DNA of 64,000 nucleotides, taken from Opitutales bacterium. GTDB taxonomy: Bacteria > Verrucomicrobiota > Verrucomicrobiia > Opitutales > PNEW01. Positions within the stretch are counted from its first letter, which is position 1. The number at the start of each line of letters is the position of its first letter. The position numbers and the translations under genes are program-made. Under the pieces are notes generated by a model. That model saw nothing but the letters and a program-made list of their open reading frames with translations. It made no database searches and had not been told where the DNA came from. The stretch is from assembly GCA_965197745.1 (NCBI GenBank), contig CBDANS010000007.1, positions 1,632,001-1,696,000 on the forward strand, written 5' to 3'. Shown one piece after another: positions 10,480 to 21,850 of this stretch.

Positions 10480-11433
10480 GTGATGCCATACAAAGTTACA
10501 TGGGGCGTGGAATTTATTACAAGTGAAGCCAGAGATCATTTTAGTAAAATTGATTGTGAGATAATAAAGAGCAACCTGAATAACCTGGGAGAGGAAGCGT
10601 TGGGCGAAATATTACACGACGCAGATGCGGTCATCGCCGGGGGTGAATACTATACGGAAAAGGTATTTAAAGCGGCAGAAAAATTAAAGATTGTGGCACG
10701 GGTTGGAGCCGGTTACGATCATGTTGACCTGGAATCAGCAACAAGGAATGGGGTGTGGGTAACAACTACTCCGGGGGCGAATAGTAATGCCGTTGCCGAC
10801 TTTACTCTCGGGCTCATTCTTATGATTACAAGAAATATCCATGGAATGGCTGGGGATATGAAGGATGGAAACTGGAATCAGTTCAGAGGATTGGAGTTGG
10901 CAGAATCGACGTTGGGAATTATTGGAGCCGGTTTAATAGGCAAGGAAGTCATAAAAAGAGCGAGGGCTTTTGGCACTCACGTTCTCGCACACGATATAAA
11001 TACGGATAAAGCGTTTGCGGTAAAGTGGTCGATTAAATATGTGGATCTGGATGAATTAGTCACGAAATCGGATATCATCAGCATCCATACAGCGTATAAT
11101 GAAGGGACGCGACACCTGATTGATGAAAAGAGATTACAATTCATGAAGCCTGGTGCTTACTTGATAAACACAAGCAGACCCGGAGTAGTGGATAAAGATG
11201 CCCTGATTGAAGTTCTTAAATCAAAGAAAATCGCAGGTGCGGCCATCGATGTTCATGACTCATACCCTTGCCTTCCAGATGATCCATTGGTCCAACTTGA
11301 GAATGTCATTGCCACTCCCTGGTCAGCGTATAATACGAATGGATCGATTGAAAATATGTGCCTTGAAGCAACAAAAGACGCGGTATCCGTTTTACAAGGT
11401 AACAAACCAAGGTACCCTGTTAATAAGCTCTAA
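10480..11433 (+). CDS. D-2-hydroxyacid / phosphoglycerate dehydrogenase-like protein
   Basis: RVGAGYDHVD, GIIGAGLIG, INTSR; the catalytic-His position reads TPW. Confidence 0.85.
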   Translation: MMPYKVTWGVEFITSEARDHFSKIDCEIIKSNLNNLGEEALGEILHDADAVIAGGEYYTEKVFKAAEKLKIVARVGAGYDHVDLESATRNGVWVTTTPGANSNAVADFTLGLILMITRNIHGMAGDMKDGNWNQFRGLELAESTLGIIGAGLIGKEVIKRARAFGTHVLAHDINTDKAFAVKWSIKYVDLDELVTKSDIISIHTAYNEGTRHLIDEKRLQFMKPGAYLINTSRPGVVDKDALIEVLKSKKIAGAAIDVHDSYPCLPDDPLVQLENVIATPWSAYNTNGSIENMCLEATKDAVSVLQGNKPRYPVNKL

Positions 11434-11526
11434 GGAAAAACAATTTACGGCATGCACTCAATGGATGCCTTTATAAGAATAAAGGCCAGAATAAAGAATT
11501 CAAAAAAATATAAAAGAGAAAAGCTT

Positions 11527-12060
11527 TTAAGTCTTACTGGATCTGCTCCGTGAAGCTACCCAGTTTATTATAGCTTTTCTGTTATTATTGTATTTCCAAA
11601 CGATTCTCAGGAATTCCGCTGGATGAACATCGTTGGCTTTAAAAAACCGTCGATCCCCTCCACAGTCATACATGGTATCGGGATCGAGTTCACCGCGTAA
11701 TTTAGATTTTGCCTTTTCGATGATACGCGGGAGCCAGACAATTCCTCTGATTTTCTTTTCTTTGGGGGGAAGCTTCTCGGGGACAAGTTGGCGGCTTGAG
11801 GGTTTTCCTTTTTGCACTTCCAGATAATAGGAGCGACGGACGTCATGAATCATGGCCATGGTCGTAAAATTGGGCGCTCCGTCAGAGCAATAATCCTCGG
11901 CAAAATCATATATCTCCTGTGGGGTGGCACCAATTGAATCGAGAAAAGCGGCTTCTTTTTTGCTAAAGTAAGTACTAGCGTTACGTTTTTTCTTTTTGTA
12001 GAGCTTTACCGATTTTTCCCAGATTTTATATAGTTTCTCCTGATAGTCGTAATTGTTCAT
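11527..12060 (-). CDS. DUF5069-like protein
   Basis: GIVWLPRIIEKA...YxCGGD...F pattern. Confidence 0.7.
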   Translation of the reverse strand: MNNYDYQEKLYKIWEKSVKLYKKKKRNASTYFSKKEAAFLDSIGATPQEIYDFAEDYCSDGAPNFTTMAMIHDVRRSYYLEVQKGKPSSRQLVPEKLPPKEKKIRGIVWLPRIIEKAKSKLRGELDPDTMYDCGGDRRFFKANDVHPAEFLRIVWKYNNNRKAIINWVASRSRSSKT

Positions 12061-12220
12061 GATTAGCCTTTCTCATTGTCCATTATTCTAATTTAGAGCA
12101 AAATAATTAATTTCAAAGTTTCAAGTCAGAAACATGAATAGAAGAAGTGAACCATGAATTCGAGGCAGAATATGCGTCAAACACCTTCGCTCTAAATGTG
12201 TAGGATAAAGTCGAAATGAT

Positions 12221-14494
12221 TCAAGCGATACGGAAATCAATCTGCCTTTTAAAGCGGTCAATACGGTCCACTACTACTTTAACTTTCTGGCCAAGTGTAT
12301 ATTTTTTCTTTTTCCGCCTGCCGATGAGGACGGTACTGTCCGAGTTCAGAGTATAGAGGTCGTCACGAAGGGTGGATATATGGACAAGACCGAATGCCAT
12401 TGACGGGGTAAGTTCAATAAAAAACCCATGATTTTTAAGATCGACGATATACGCATCAAAAATAGTTTTTTTCTTTTTACTTAATTCCCGCTCGAAAAAT
12501 TCCATGAGTTTAACTTTGACGGAGGCGCGCTCGGCTTCGGTGCTGTTCTGTTCAGTAAGTGAAATATGCTGCGCTATTCCGATTAATCTACCCTTGGAAT
12601 AATTAGCATTTCTGTTTTTCGGACTCTCAGAATTAATATCGGGAGCGATGTGAGAATCGAGAATCCGATGCACGACTAAGTCTGAATAGCGACGGATAGG
12701 CGATGTGAAATGAGTATAATCAACCAAGTTCAAACCAAAATGGCCGTGCGGTTCAGCACGATAGCAAGCCTGTTTGAGACTTCTCAGAAATTGAATACGC
12801 AATGTGTGTCCTTGTGGGTGATCTTTAAGTTTTGGTAGTAGGGATACAATTTCTTTTCTTTGATTCAAATTTCCTGTTTCCAGACCATAAGTAGCAAGCA
12901 ATTCCCGAAATTCCTCCAATTTAACCGGATCGGGTTTATCATGGACACGATAAAGCAGAGGGACACCCGCGCGCCTTAAAGATTTTGCCACTTCACCATT
13001 GGCAGCGAGCATAAATTCTTCAATGAGTTGATGGCTTTCATCGTAGGCAATACTTTCAAGGCGATCAGCATAGCCCTTTTTATCTACAAATATTTTTATT
13101 TCCGGCATGTCAAAATCAAGACTCCCTTTGGCAAAACGCCTGGCACGCAAGGCCGCACCAATCTTCCATAGTTCTCTTATAGGGATCTGCAGATCCTTTA
13201 ATTCGCTATCGGCAAGTTTAGCGAAGGAACGACCGGTTGAACCGGTGAGGTGGGTTGGGGGCAGTGGTATTTTTCGAATAGTATTAAAATTATTTTCTTT
13301 GAGAAGACCTAATGCCTGGTGGTAAGTCATCCTTTTGCGACTGCAGATAAGAGTATTGGCAAAGGATGTTTTTCGCAATTGGCTTTTATTTGAAAATGTG
13401 AAAAAAACAGTTTTTGTCAGACGATCTTCACCTTCGACCAAGCTGCAAACGCCGTTTGATAATGCGGCGGGAAGCATGGGCACAACCTGACCCACGAGAT
13501 AGGTGGAATTGCCGCGTCTTTGTGCTTCTTTATCTAAAGCGCTGGAAGGCCTTACATAAGCGCTGACATCAGCAATGTGTACGCCTATACGCCTGTTTCC
13601 ATTCGACAACAGTTCAATAGATAAAGCATCATCAAAGTCTTTTGCGTCATCGGGATCAATGGTGAAGGTCAAAAGCTTGCGGAGATCGATCCTCCCTCTC
13701 CTTTGCGCGGGGGTGACTTTCTTAGGTATTTTATCAATTTCCCGCATAACTTCGTCTCTAAAATGTGGGTTGAGATCATAAAGACGGAGAATTGCTTTTT
13801 GTTCGGCCCAAGGTTCATGGGTTCTCCCGAGGATTTCGGTAATTTTACCTTCAGGGTTCAGGTGGCGCTGTTGCCATTCAGTTAATCGCACAACAACTTT
13901 ATCGTTAATCTTAGGAACTGGTTTAATCCCAGAACGCTTAGGGTCGTGAACGAGAATATCTTGAATAATACGGGGGTCATCCGGGATTATAAAATAGTAG
14001 AGATGGCTGCGTTTTAATGTCCCTGTGATCGTCTCACGCCCTCGTTCAAGGATGCGAATTACACGACAATTTTCGGTTGCCGCTTCCGGTAATAGATGTG
14101 CTTTTCTCTTTCGGTGATTCCGATTATTTCGGGTACTTAAATTTGTCTTGCGGGCAAGAACATGGTCTCCGTGCATGGCAACCCAAGTGTCTTCCGCTTT
14201 AATATTGATAGGGGATCTTTGTTCTTTCTCGGATTGGGAATCGGGGATGAGAAGCGCAGTGCCACTTTGTCTGAATTTGATAATACCGGATATCAGATCA
14301 GCATCAGCAGGCAGGCAGAGACGATCTTTTTTAAGTTTAACAATAATGCCATTTCGCAATAACGCTTTAATTTCTTCATAGAATTTAGTGCGTCGGCCGC
14401 CCTTGAGATTCAATTGATTAGCGATCTCGCTGGCTGTCTGGGGGACATAACCCCTCCGTTTCATCAAATTGGTAATTTTATTTATGTAAGTCAT
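12221..14494 (-). CDS. rnr: Ribonuclease R
   Basis: TIDPDDAKDFDDA, HFTSPIRRYSDL, C-terminal S1 domain. Confidence 0.95.
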   Translation of the reverse strand: MTYINKITNLMKRRGYVPQTASEIANQLNLKGGRRTKFYEEIKALLRNGIIVKLKKDRLCLPADADLISGIIKFRQSGTALLIPDSQSEKEQRSPINIKAEDTWVAMHGDHVLARKTNLSTRNNRNHRKRKAHLLPEAATENCRVIRILERGRETITGTLKRSHLYYFIIPDDPRIIQDILVHDPKRSGIKPVPKINDKVVVRLTEWQQRHLNPEGKITEILGRTHEPWAEQKAILRLYDLNPHFRDEVMREIDKIPKKVTPAQRRGRIDLRKLLTFTIDPDDAKDFDDALSIELLSNGNRRIGVHIADVSAYVRPSSALDKEAQRRGNSTYLVGQVVPMLPAALSNGVCSLVEGEDRLTKTVFFTFSNKSQLRKTSFANTLICSRKRMTYHQALGLLKENNFNTIRKIPLPPTHLTGSTGRSFAKLADSELKDLQIPIRELWKIGAALRARRFAKGSLDFDMPEIKIFVDKKGYADRLESIAYDESHQLIEEFMLAANGEVAKSLRRAGVPLLYRVHDKPDPVKLEEFRELLATYGLETGNLNQRKEIVSLLPKLKDHPQGHTLRIQFLRSLKQACYRAEPHGHFGLNLVDYTHFTSPIRRYSDLVVHRILDSHIAPDINSESPKNRNANYSKGRLIGIAQHISLTEQNSTEAERASVKVKLMEFFERELSKKKKTIFDAYIVDLKNHGFFIELTPSMAFGLVHISTLRDDLYTLNSDSTVLIGRRKKKKYTLGQKVKVVVDRIDRFKRQIDFRIA

Positions 14495-14697
14495 ATAAAT
14501 GCTCCAGTGGTCGAAGCCGTAGAAGGTGATTTATGCCTTTGGGTAAACAGGTGCAAACACGAATACTTATCACTAAAATTTTCGCACATCTTGCCAGGAT
14601 AAGGAAGGGGTTGTAGAGGTTTTACCCAGAATGCACAGATTTTATACTAATAGGGGTAGTCCTGAGCGCAATTGTATATTTTATCTAAAAATACTGA

Positions 14698-15426
14698 CTA
14701 TTGGCCTGGATCCTGGCCGGCGTGGGTAATCTCAAGAATATCGGCACTGGGGTTAAGTGATTCTTTTATATTTCTGGTCGCTGATTTATCTAAATAACGG
14801 ACAAGAAGGCCTTTCTCGTTTGGATCATCACCCACTAAATTGTGATACCATTCCACATGTCCATCGAGATAAGCAATATGCCCTCCTTTCCCCTCCCAAG
14901 GTGAATCATGATTCCAATAACCTTCGCTATTAAGCCCCCGGGTCCAGGCGATCGGTGTCGTTGACACCGGTGAACGCGGGCTAATTCCGGCAGCGAATGA
15001 CCAACTTACGGGGGTCCCAATAAGGTGATTTTCAATAAGCCTGCCTTCTGCGTCGCAAGTGCCTACCGTTTTCGGTAAATTGCTGAATTGTGCAACTGCC
15101 GGATCTGATCCGATATAATAAAGAGCAGCATCATTGAGACCGACTTTTTCAGCGAGGACGGCAGCCCATTCATAGGGTTCCTGCACCTTATCAGGATCTA
15201 TTGTCCGGGGCGTTGATTGATTATTGGCAAAGGCGGCATAGGCCAGGGCAATTTGACGGAGATTGTTAGCGGCTTGTGATTGATTTGCCCTATCGAGAAC
15301 TGAACCAACGGTAGGAATAAGTAATGCAGCCAATATGCCAATTATGGCGATAACCGTAAGTAATTCTATGAGGGTAAAAGCCGACGTGAATAAGGATAAG
15401 TCCTTTTTCACGAAACGCTCAGGCAT
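14698..15426 (-). CDS. Prepilin-type N-terminal methylation domain protein with H-X9-DG-like C-terminal motif
   Basis: AFTLIELLTVIAIIGILAA; GGHIAYLDGHV (PVC-typical). Confidence 0.85.
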   Translation of the reverse strand: MPERFVKKDLSLFTSAFTLIELLTVIAIIGILAALLIPTVGSVLDRANQSQAANNLRQIALAYAAFANNQSTPRTIDPDKVQEPYEWAAVLAEKVGLNDAALYYIGSDPAVAQFSNLPKTVGTCDAEGRLIENHLIGTPVSWSFAAGISPRSPVSTTPIAWTRGLNSEGYWNHDSPWEGKGGHIAYLDGHVEWYHNLVGDDPNEKGLLVRYLDKSATRNIKESLNPSADILEITHAGQDPGQ

Positions 15427-15455
15427 AAATCAATAACGACATGTTGCCCTGAAAA

Positions 15456-16724
15456 CTAATAGGGTAAGGGAAATTTTTGACAAAGTTCAATAGCTGCACT
15501 CCGGGCTTCAGCAATAACACTATCATTATCGGGGCTGGCGAGCACGCTATCGATAGCTCCGGCAATTGTCCTCATTTCTAATTCTCGCATACCGCGGCTG
15601 GTGACCGCAGGTGTCCCCAGGCGAATCCCGCTGGCCTGGAAAGGGCTGCGAGTTTCACCAGGAACGGTGTTTTTGTTAGTTGTGATATGTGCCTTATCGA
15701 GAGCTTTCTCTGCCTGTTTACCCGTCATTTCAGGATATTTTGGACGCAAGTCCATCAAAGCCAGATGATTATCCGTCCCGCCACTTAAAAGAAAATGGCC
15801 TTTCTCAGTAATAGCTTCAGCAAGCGCTTTGGCGTTGGCGATAACTTGTGCCTGGTATTCTTTGAAATCGGGTTTCAAGGCTTCGCCAAGGCATACTGCT
15901 TTAGCCGCTATCACATGCATGAGCGGTCCACCCTGAGTTCCAGGAAAGATTGCAGAATTTATAGCTTTAGCGTATTTTTCTTTACAGAGGATAAGTCCTC
16001 CTCGAGGTCCACGCAGTGTTTTATGAGTTGTTGTCGTTACGAAATCTGCGTGGGGTAGCGGTGAAGGATGTAATCCCGTTGCCACTAACCCGGCGATATG
16101 AGCAATGTCCGCGAAGAGGTAGGCTCCACAATCGCGAGCAATTTGTCCCATTCGCTCGAATTCTATAATCCGCGGGTAAGCAGAAGCACCGACGGTGATC
16201 ATTTTTGGTTTTTCGCGAATGGCAATTTCAGCTAGCTGATCGTAATCGATGCGCCCGTCTTTCTCACTGACACCATAGTTAACAGTCTCATAAAGCTTTC
16301 CGCTGAAATTAGCGGGGTGGCCATGCGTGAGATGTCCCCCATCTGCCAAATTCATGGTCAGAATTTTGTCCCCGGGTTTCAAGACCGAGAAATAAACACC
16401 CATATTAGCCTGGCTTCCGGAGTGTGGCTGAACGTTGGCAAATTCTGCTCCAAAAAGTTGAAGGGCACGATCAATAGCTAATTGTTCGACAATATCCACA
16501 TGTTGACACCCGCCATAATAGCGTTTTCCAGGATAACCTTCGGCATACTTATTGGTCATCACACAACCCACGGCTTCCATTACGGCGGGAAGGGTAAAAT
16601 TTTCCGAGGCAATGAGTTCTAAATGATTCTGTTGCCGTTCTGTTTCCTGCGCGATGGCTCGAGATACTTCCGGATCAAGCAATTTCAAGGATTCGCTTTT
16701 TAAAGTAGGGGTATCGGTAATCAT
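15456..16724 (-). CDS. glyA: Serine hydroxymethyltransferase
   Basis: [29 protein letters not shown]. Confidence 0.98.
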   Translation of the reverse strand: MITDTPTLKSESLKLLDPEVSRAIAQETERQQNHLELIASENFTLPAVMEAVGCVMTNKYAEGYPGKRYYGGCQHVDIVEQLAIDRALQLFGAEFANVQPHSGSQANMGVYFSVLKPGDKILTMNLADGGHLTHGHPANFSGKLYETVNYGVSEKDGRIDYDQLAEIAIREKPKMITVGASAYPRIIEFERMGQIARDCGAYLFADIAHIAGLVATGLHPSPLPHADFVTTTTHKTLRGPRGGLILCKEKYAKAINSAIFPGTQGGPLMHVIAAKAVCLGEALKPDFKEYQAQVIANAKALAEAITEKGHFLLSGGTDNHLALMDLRPKYPEMTGKQAEKALDKAHITTNKNTVPGETRSPFQASGIRLGTPAVTSRGMRELEMRTIAGAIDSVLASPDNDSVIAEARSAAIELCQKFPLPY

Positions 16725-16864
16725 AAGACGGTTATTTTATTTTTAAGGAGTTATTTTTTTGGAAGTTTGAATAACAATTCTTTTATTTGCTCCTGATTGT
16801 CAATTTTGCATTGGAAAGAATAATGAAAAATGAAGTTCAGGTATGATCTCGAATATTAATCCTG

Positions 16865-17359
16865 TTATAGTTTATAATACTCTTTAAGGTACTTGATAAT
16901 AAAAGGAATAGCTTCGACGATACTGTCACGACAATTCTCATAAACGGCCAGGTTTGTCCCGAAGGGGTCGGGGATTTGCTGTTCAGCAGGATCTGGGATT
17001 TGTTCTCGAAAGAGACGTATAGGGGTTTTCAATGAAGGGAAATAATTCTGGAGTATGAGGCGATGCGATTCAGTCATACAGAAAATAACTAACGATTTTT
17101 CTATTAACTCTTTCGTAATTTGCTGACTGCGGTGATCAGAAAGATCAAGCCCCACTTTTTTCAGCGCTTTAACCGCGTTTAGAGAAGCTTTCTCTCCCCG
17201 CGCTGCTGATACTCCAGCAGAATTAACTTGCACAGAACGCCAGGGCTTATTTTCTGCCGATAAAGCGTGCTGGAGTAATTTTGCCGCCATGGGACTGCGA
17301 CAGATATTGCCCGTGCAGACACAAGTGATGATTGGGGCATTCTCAGCCATGGCAAACAT
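16865..17359 (-). CDS. Low-molecular-weight protein tyrosine/arginine phosphatase
   Basis: VCTGNICRSPMA P-loop, IPDPF. Confidence 0.92.
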   Translation of the reverse strand: MFAMAENAPIITCVCTGNICRSPMAAKLLQHALSAENKPWRSVQVNSAGVSAARGEKASLNAVKALKKVGLDLSDHRSQQITKELIEKSLVIFCMTESHRLILQNYFPSLKTPIRLFREQIPDPAEQQIPDPFGTNLAVYENCRDSIVEAIPFIIKYLKEYYKL

Positions 17360-17503
17360 AGGATTGTGACATCGCGCTAATTACATGTAAAGCTACAATG
17401 AATGCCGGGTTAGGTAACTGATTTTCGCTCAAAAAGATTAAGGTTTTCGGTTATAGAAAAAAAATTAAATCAGCTATTGTGAATGCGCTTTGTCCAAGCA
17501 ATT

Positions 17504-18778
17504 TTAATTTGACCGCTGTAATTCCCTCGCACCGATATCGCGGCGAAAATAGATAGAAGGATAGCGCACTTGATCACAGTAGGCGTATGCATCTCGCGCC
17601 GCGGTCACTAAATCCTTACCCAGGGCGGTAATGCCCAACACGCGACCACCATTAGATTGGATTTTGCCATCACTCCCTAATTTTGTCCCGGCATGAATGA
17701 CATGAATATTATCAGGAGTATTTATTGGGAAATCTATAAATTCTCCTTTAGGGTAGTTTTCCGGATAGCCCTGGCTTGCCAGCACAACGGTTAATGCGCT
17801 TTGATTTTTAAATTTAACTTCAGCGGGCTCCAATGAATCGGTCGCGCAAGCGTACATCATTTTCACCGGATCTGTATCGAGCAAGGGGAGTAAGACCTGT
17901 GTTTCGGGATCGCCAAAACGCACATTATATTCTATTACTTTAGGTCCATTGTTGGTGATCATAATATTGATATAAAGAACGCCATGATAGTCGATGGCTT
18001 CATTTATCATGCCCGATAGGGTAGGTTCTATTATTTCCTTATCTATCTGTCGTTGAAGCTTGTCAGAAACAACAGGGGCAGGCGCATAAGCTCCCATACC
18101 TCCGGTATTGAGGCCGGTGTCATTTTCACCGATACGCTTGTGGTCCTGGCTGGGAGGAAGGGCAACATACCGGGACCCCGAGACGATAAGATGGATTGAC
18201 GCTTCTTCTCCTTCCAGAAATTCCTCGATGACAATTTCATTTCCGCTGTCTCCAAATAAGTGACCCGAGAGCATATTCTGCACGGTGCTAGCGGCTTCCT
18301 CGTAATTTTGTGCAATAATTACTCCTTTTCCCGCGGCCAAACCGCTCGCTTTAATGACGATTGGAAATGAACGCTTCCGAAGGTATTCAAGCGCTGAATT
18401 GACTTGGGTAAAGGTTGCAGAATCCGCGGTTGGAATACGGTACTTTGAAAGGAATTGTTTAGTAAATGACTTGCTTCCTTCGAGGTGTGCCGCTTTCTGG
18501 TTGGGGCCGAATACGGGGGTGTTTAATTTACTCAGTTCATCGACAACACCCGAACATAAAGGACCCTCGGGACCGACAATAGTGAAGTCGATTTTTTCTC
18601 TTTTCACTAAATCTACAATGTTTTGAACGTCATTGACATCGATTGAATGGCAAGGTGCCTCTAAGGCCATGCCACCATTGCCCGGCGCTGCGATAACCCT
18701 ATTCACGAGAGGGCTTGCGAGGCATGCTTTGACAATTGTGTGCTCCCTCCCTCCTGATCCTATTACCAGAACTTTCAT
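17504..18778 (-). CDS. purD: Phosphoribosylamine-glycine ligase
   Basis: MKVLVIGSGGREH, GLAAGKGV, EYNVRFGDPETQ. Confidence 0.98.
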   Translation of the reverse strand: MKVLVIGSGGREHTIVKACLASPLVNRVIAAPGNGGMALEAPCHSIDVNDVQNIVDLVKREKIDFTIVGPEGPLCSGVVDELSKLNTPVFGPNQKAAHLEGSKSFTKQFLSKYRIPTADSATFTQVNSALEYLRKRSFPIVIKASGLAAGKGVIIAQNYEEAASTVQNMLSGHLFGDSGNEIVIEEFLEGEEASIHLIVSGSRYVALPPSQDHKRIGENDTGLNTGGMGAYAPAPVVSDKLQRQIDKEIIEPTLSGMINEAIDYHGVLYINIMITNNGPKVIEYNVRFGDPETQVLLPLLDTDPVKMMYACATDSLEPAEVKFKNQSALTVVLASQGYPENYPKGEFIDFPINTPDNIHVIHAGTKLGSDGKIQSNGGRVLGITALGKDLVTAARDAYAYCDQVRYPSIYFRRDIGARELQRSN

Positions 18779-18952
18779 AGATTATAAAACGGTTCTCTAT
18801 ACGGAATCATAGGTTGGCATTTTTTTGAACAGGGTAAAGATTTGAATTACTCTCATTCTTGGGATAATAGCAATTAAAGATATATTAAAATGTGATATTA
18901 AAGGGCATTATTGGTTTGTCTTAGTCACCTTATGAACTGATATCTAAGACTC

Positions 18953-20377
18953 ATGGTGATTTATTTTATGGGCATCTGTGGGACGGCGATGGGTAACACC
19001 GCTCTGATGTTAAAAAATCTTGGCCACGATGTTTGCGGAGCTGATTCCGGCATTTATCCTCCGATGTCAGATTTACTGGAAAATGCGGGGATATCGATCA
19101 CCGATGGTTTTAATCCCCACCATCTGGAAGCGCTGGATCCTGATTTAGTGGTGGTGGGAAATGCGATCTCCCGAGGTAATCCGGAAATAGAATGGTTACT
19201 CGACAGCAGGCGTTTCCCGTTTACCTCACTGCCCGCGCTTCTTCATGATTTTATCCTTAAGGATCACTTGAATATTGTTGTTACAGGGACCCACGGCAAA
19301 ACGACCACTAGCGCATTAACAGCATTTTTACTCAAGAAGGCCGGTTCCGAACCGGGATATCTAATAGGCGGAGTGCCGCGCGATTTGACCTATGGCGCAC
19401 ATGAAGGAAATAAAAATGGCCCTTTCGTAATTGAGGGAGATGAATACGACAGCGCTCTCTTTGATAAACGCAGTAAATTCATTCATTATTTGCCGACGAT
19501 TCTTATAATCAATAATATTGAATATGACCACAGTGATATTTTCAGAGATCTTTCCGATGTGCAGCGAAGTTTCAGCCATCTCTTGCGCACTGTTCCCTCA
19601 CAGGGGCGCGTTCTGGTCAATGGTGATGACCGTAACATTGCCGCGCTCCTACCTGTCCCCTGGACACGCGTCATCAGGGTAGGTTCAGGCACGGGAAACG
19701 ATTTACGAATTGGAGATTTTCAGGAGACTTCCAAGGGAAGCCGATTTAAACTCTACTGGCATGAAGAACTTTGGGGTGAAATTAACTGGAATCATACAGG
19801 CCTGTTTAATGCACGCAATGCGGCGATGGCGGCATTAGCGGCAGGATTCACCTTATACCCCGAAAATCCCATGCAGTTCACGCTTGGTGAATTCGAAGAC
19901 TTTAAGGGAGTGAAGCGCAGGCAGGAACTCCTCATCGCAAATAAATCAATAATAGTCTTAGAGGATTTTGCCCATCACCCAACGGCTATCGAGCAGACTA
20001 TCGAGTCGCTTCGCCACCGCTATCCTCAGCATAAAATTACCGCTGGTTTTGAGCCTCGCAGTAATACCGCTCGCACCCCTGTTTTTCAGGAAAAATTCGC
20101 GCAATCATTAAGTTTCGCGGATCAGGTAATGATTGGTCCTGTTCATCGGGCTGATAAATTACCCCCTGAAGGACGACTCGATACTGAGCAGCTCGCGCTC
20201 GCTCTGAGCAAAGCAAATGTAATGGCTAAATCGTTTGCCGACAATAAAGAGCTTCTGGAAGTGTTATGGCAAACAACGCTGGAAGGAAACGGACAGGACC
20301 ATGTTATAATATTTTTCACAAATGGCTCATTTGACGGTATCATTCAAACATTTGTTGAGCGGGTAAGCGCGATTTAA
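18953..20377 (+). CDS. mpl: Murein peptide ligase Mpl
   Basis: MGICGTAMG, GTHGKTTT, EGDEYDSALFDKRSKF, DFAHHP, FEPRSNT. Confidence 0.92.
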   Translation: MVIYFMGICGTAMGNTALMLKNLGHDVCGADSGIYPPMSDLLENAGISITDGFNPHHLEALDPDLVVVGNAISRGNPEIEWLLDSRRFPFTSLPALLHDFILKDHLNIVVTGTHGKTTTSALTAFLLKKAGSEPGYLIGGVPRDLTYGAHEGNKNGPFVIEGDEYDSALFDKRSKFIHYLPTILIINNIEYDHSDIFRDLSDVQRSFSHLLRTVPSQGRVLVNGDDRNIAALLPVPWTRVIRVGSGTGNDLRIGDFQETSKGSRFKLYWHEELWGEINWNHTGLFNARNAAMAALAAGFTLYPENPMQFTLGEFEDFKGVKRRQELLIANKSIIVLEDFAHHPTAIEQTIESLRHRYPQHKITAGFEPRSNTARTPVFQEKFAQSLSFADQVMIGPVHRADKLPPEGRLDTEQLALALSKANVMAKSFADNKELLEVLWQTTLEGNGQDHVIIFFTNGSFDGIIQTFVERVSAI

Positions 20378-20388
20378 TGGCGAGGTTA

Positions 20389-21693
20389 TTAAATGTTTTT
20401 AAAGAGAATTCTTGAATTGCGGTTGCTCTCGATCAGGGTTTTAAGACGATCCTCAGGCAAATCTTTTTTTGTCCCTTCGGTAAATCCGCAAACATCATGA
20501 AAGAATGAAAAACTTTGTGTCGTAAGTGCAAAAATCTTATTACGACCTTGATTCGCGGCTTCGAGACATGCGAATTCCACTAACTTTTTACCTACCCCCT
20601 TTCCCTGGTAAAAAGGGAGGACATTGACCGCAGCAAGTTCCACTACATTATTCTCAGGATAATCATTTAAACAAGCGCAAGCTACGATGCTTCCATCAAT
20701 TTCATAGACATAGAAACAATCAATTTCGGCATTAATAGTTTCATAGGATCTTGATTTTAATAGCTCATCTTTGGTCGCAGATTTGGTGATGTTAAAAATG
20801 AACTGAACGTCCTCAGACCGAGCCTTTCTGATTTGCTGATACTCATTGCCATGAATCATGGTCCCGATTCCGACGCTTGAGAAAATTTCTGTGAGCAGGC
20901 CGTCGTATAAGCGTCCATCAATTAGATGCGCGCGAGGAACTCCTCCTTCTATAGCCTTCATCGATTGATAGGTTTTGCTTCGCACTTTTTCTTCGATAGA
21001 AGTCTTATTGGTATCAAATATATTTTGTATCTCCTTGAGGGTAATATTACGGATAAATTGGCTATTGATACTAAGCCCGGAATTTAAGCTTATATAAATG
21101 AGTTTTGATGCCTCAAGGCTGATTGCTAATTCAGAAGCCAGCAAATCTGAGTTTATTCGTAATGTTTCCCCAATACGGCTGAAAGCGAGGGGCGATATTA
21201 CAGGCAGGACGCCTTTTTGCAGCTGATTTCTGATGAAATCCACGTCTATTCTGTCCACTTTTCCGCGGTTGATTTGATCAATACCTCCAATAATACCTAC
21301 TTCAGTGGCGCGTACTGCATTGCTGAGTGAACATTTAATGCCATTTTTACTAAGCCCCTGCATTAAACTATGGCTGACCTGCGCCGCGGATTTAACCGCC
21401 AACGCGAGTGTCTTATCATCTATTATTCCCTCACCGTAAGCATCGGAAATAGCCACCTTTTCATTTTCCCCTGATTGCCTGAGCTGTTTGCCTATACCAA
21501 AGACGATGGCAATCTGAATGTTAAGGCTGCGTAAAACAGCGATATCGAGCAGGAGATTTGAAAAATTGTTGTCGTCGATAACACTGCCATCTATGGCAAT
21601 GACAAAAACATGATCACGGAAAAGCGGTACATATTTAAGTATACCTCTTAAATCGACCGGTTTAATTTCCGCGATTCTATCGTCTTTTTTCAT
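20389..21693 (-). CDS. argA: Amino-acid N-acetyltransferase (kinase-like + GNAT domains)
   Basis: ArgA two-domain layout; probable start MKKDD at 21693 with an upstream GAGG. Confidence 0.9.
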   Translation of the reverse strand: MKKDDRIAEIKPVDLRGILKYVPLFRDHVFVIAIDGSVIDDNNFSNLLLDIAVLRSLNIQIAIVFGIGKQLRQSGENEKVAISDAYGEGIIDDKTLALAVKSAAQVSHSLMQGLSKNGIKCSLSNAVRATEVGIIGGIDQINRGKVDRIDVDFIRNQLQKGVLPVISPLAFSRIGETLRINSDLLASELAISLEASKLIYISLNSGLSINSQFIRNITLKEIQNIFDTNKTSIEEKVRSKTYQSMKAIEGGVPRAHLIDGRLYDGLLTEIFSSVGIGTMIHGNEYQQIRKARSEDVQFIFNITKSATKDELLKSRSYETINAEIDCFYVYEIDGSIVACACLNDYPENNVVELAAVNVLPFYQGKGVGKKLVEFACLEAANQGRNKIFALTTQSFSFFHDVCGFTEGTKKDLPEDRLKTLIESNRNSRILFKNI

Positions 21694-21850
21694 TGTTCCT
21701 CTTAAGTCACTCGCTAATGACTCTTTTCTATATCTACTCGTGGTGATAGATGCCTGAATGCGACGTGCTCTGGTAAATGTCGGGTTGTGCAAGTATGAGC
21801 CGGAAATCCATGCCGCCACCACAACCTGCTGAATTTAAAAGTAAATCCGA

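Noticed and set aside
21694..21822. N-terminal extension of argA in the ORF track
   Set aside because: Sequence unlike ArgA; better ATG with RBS at 21693.
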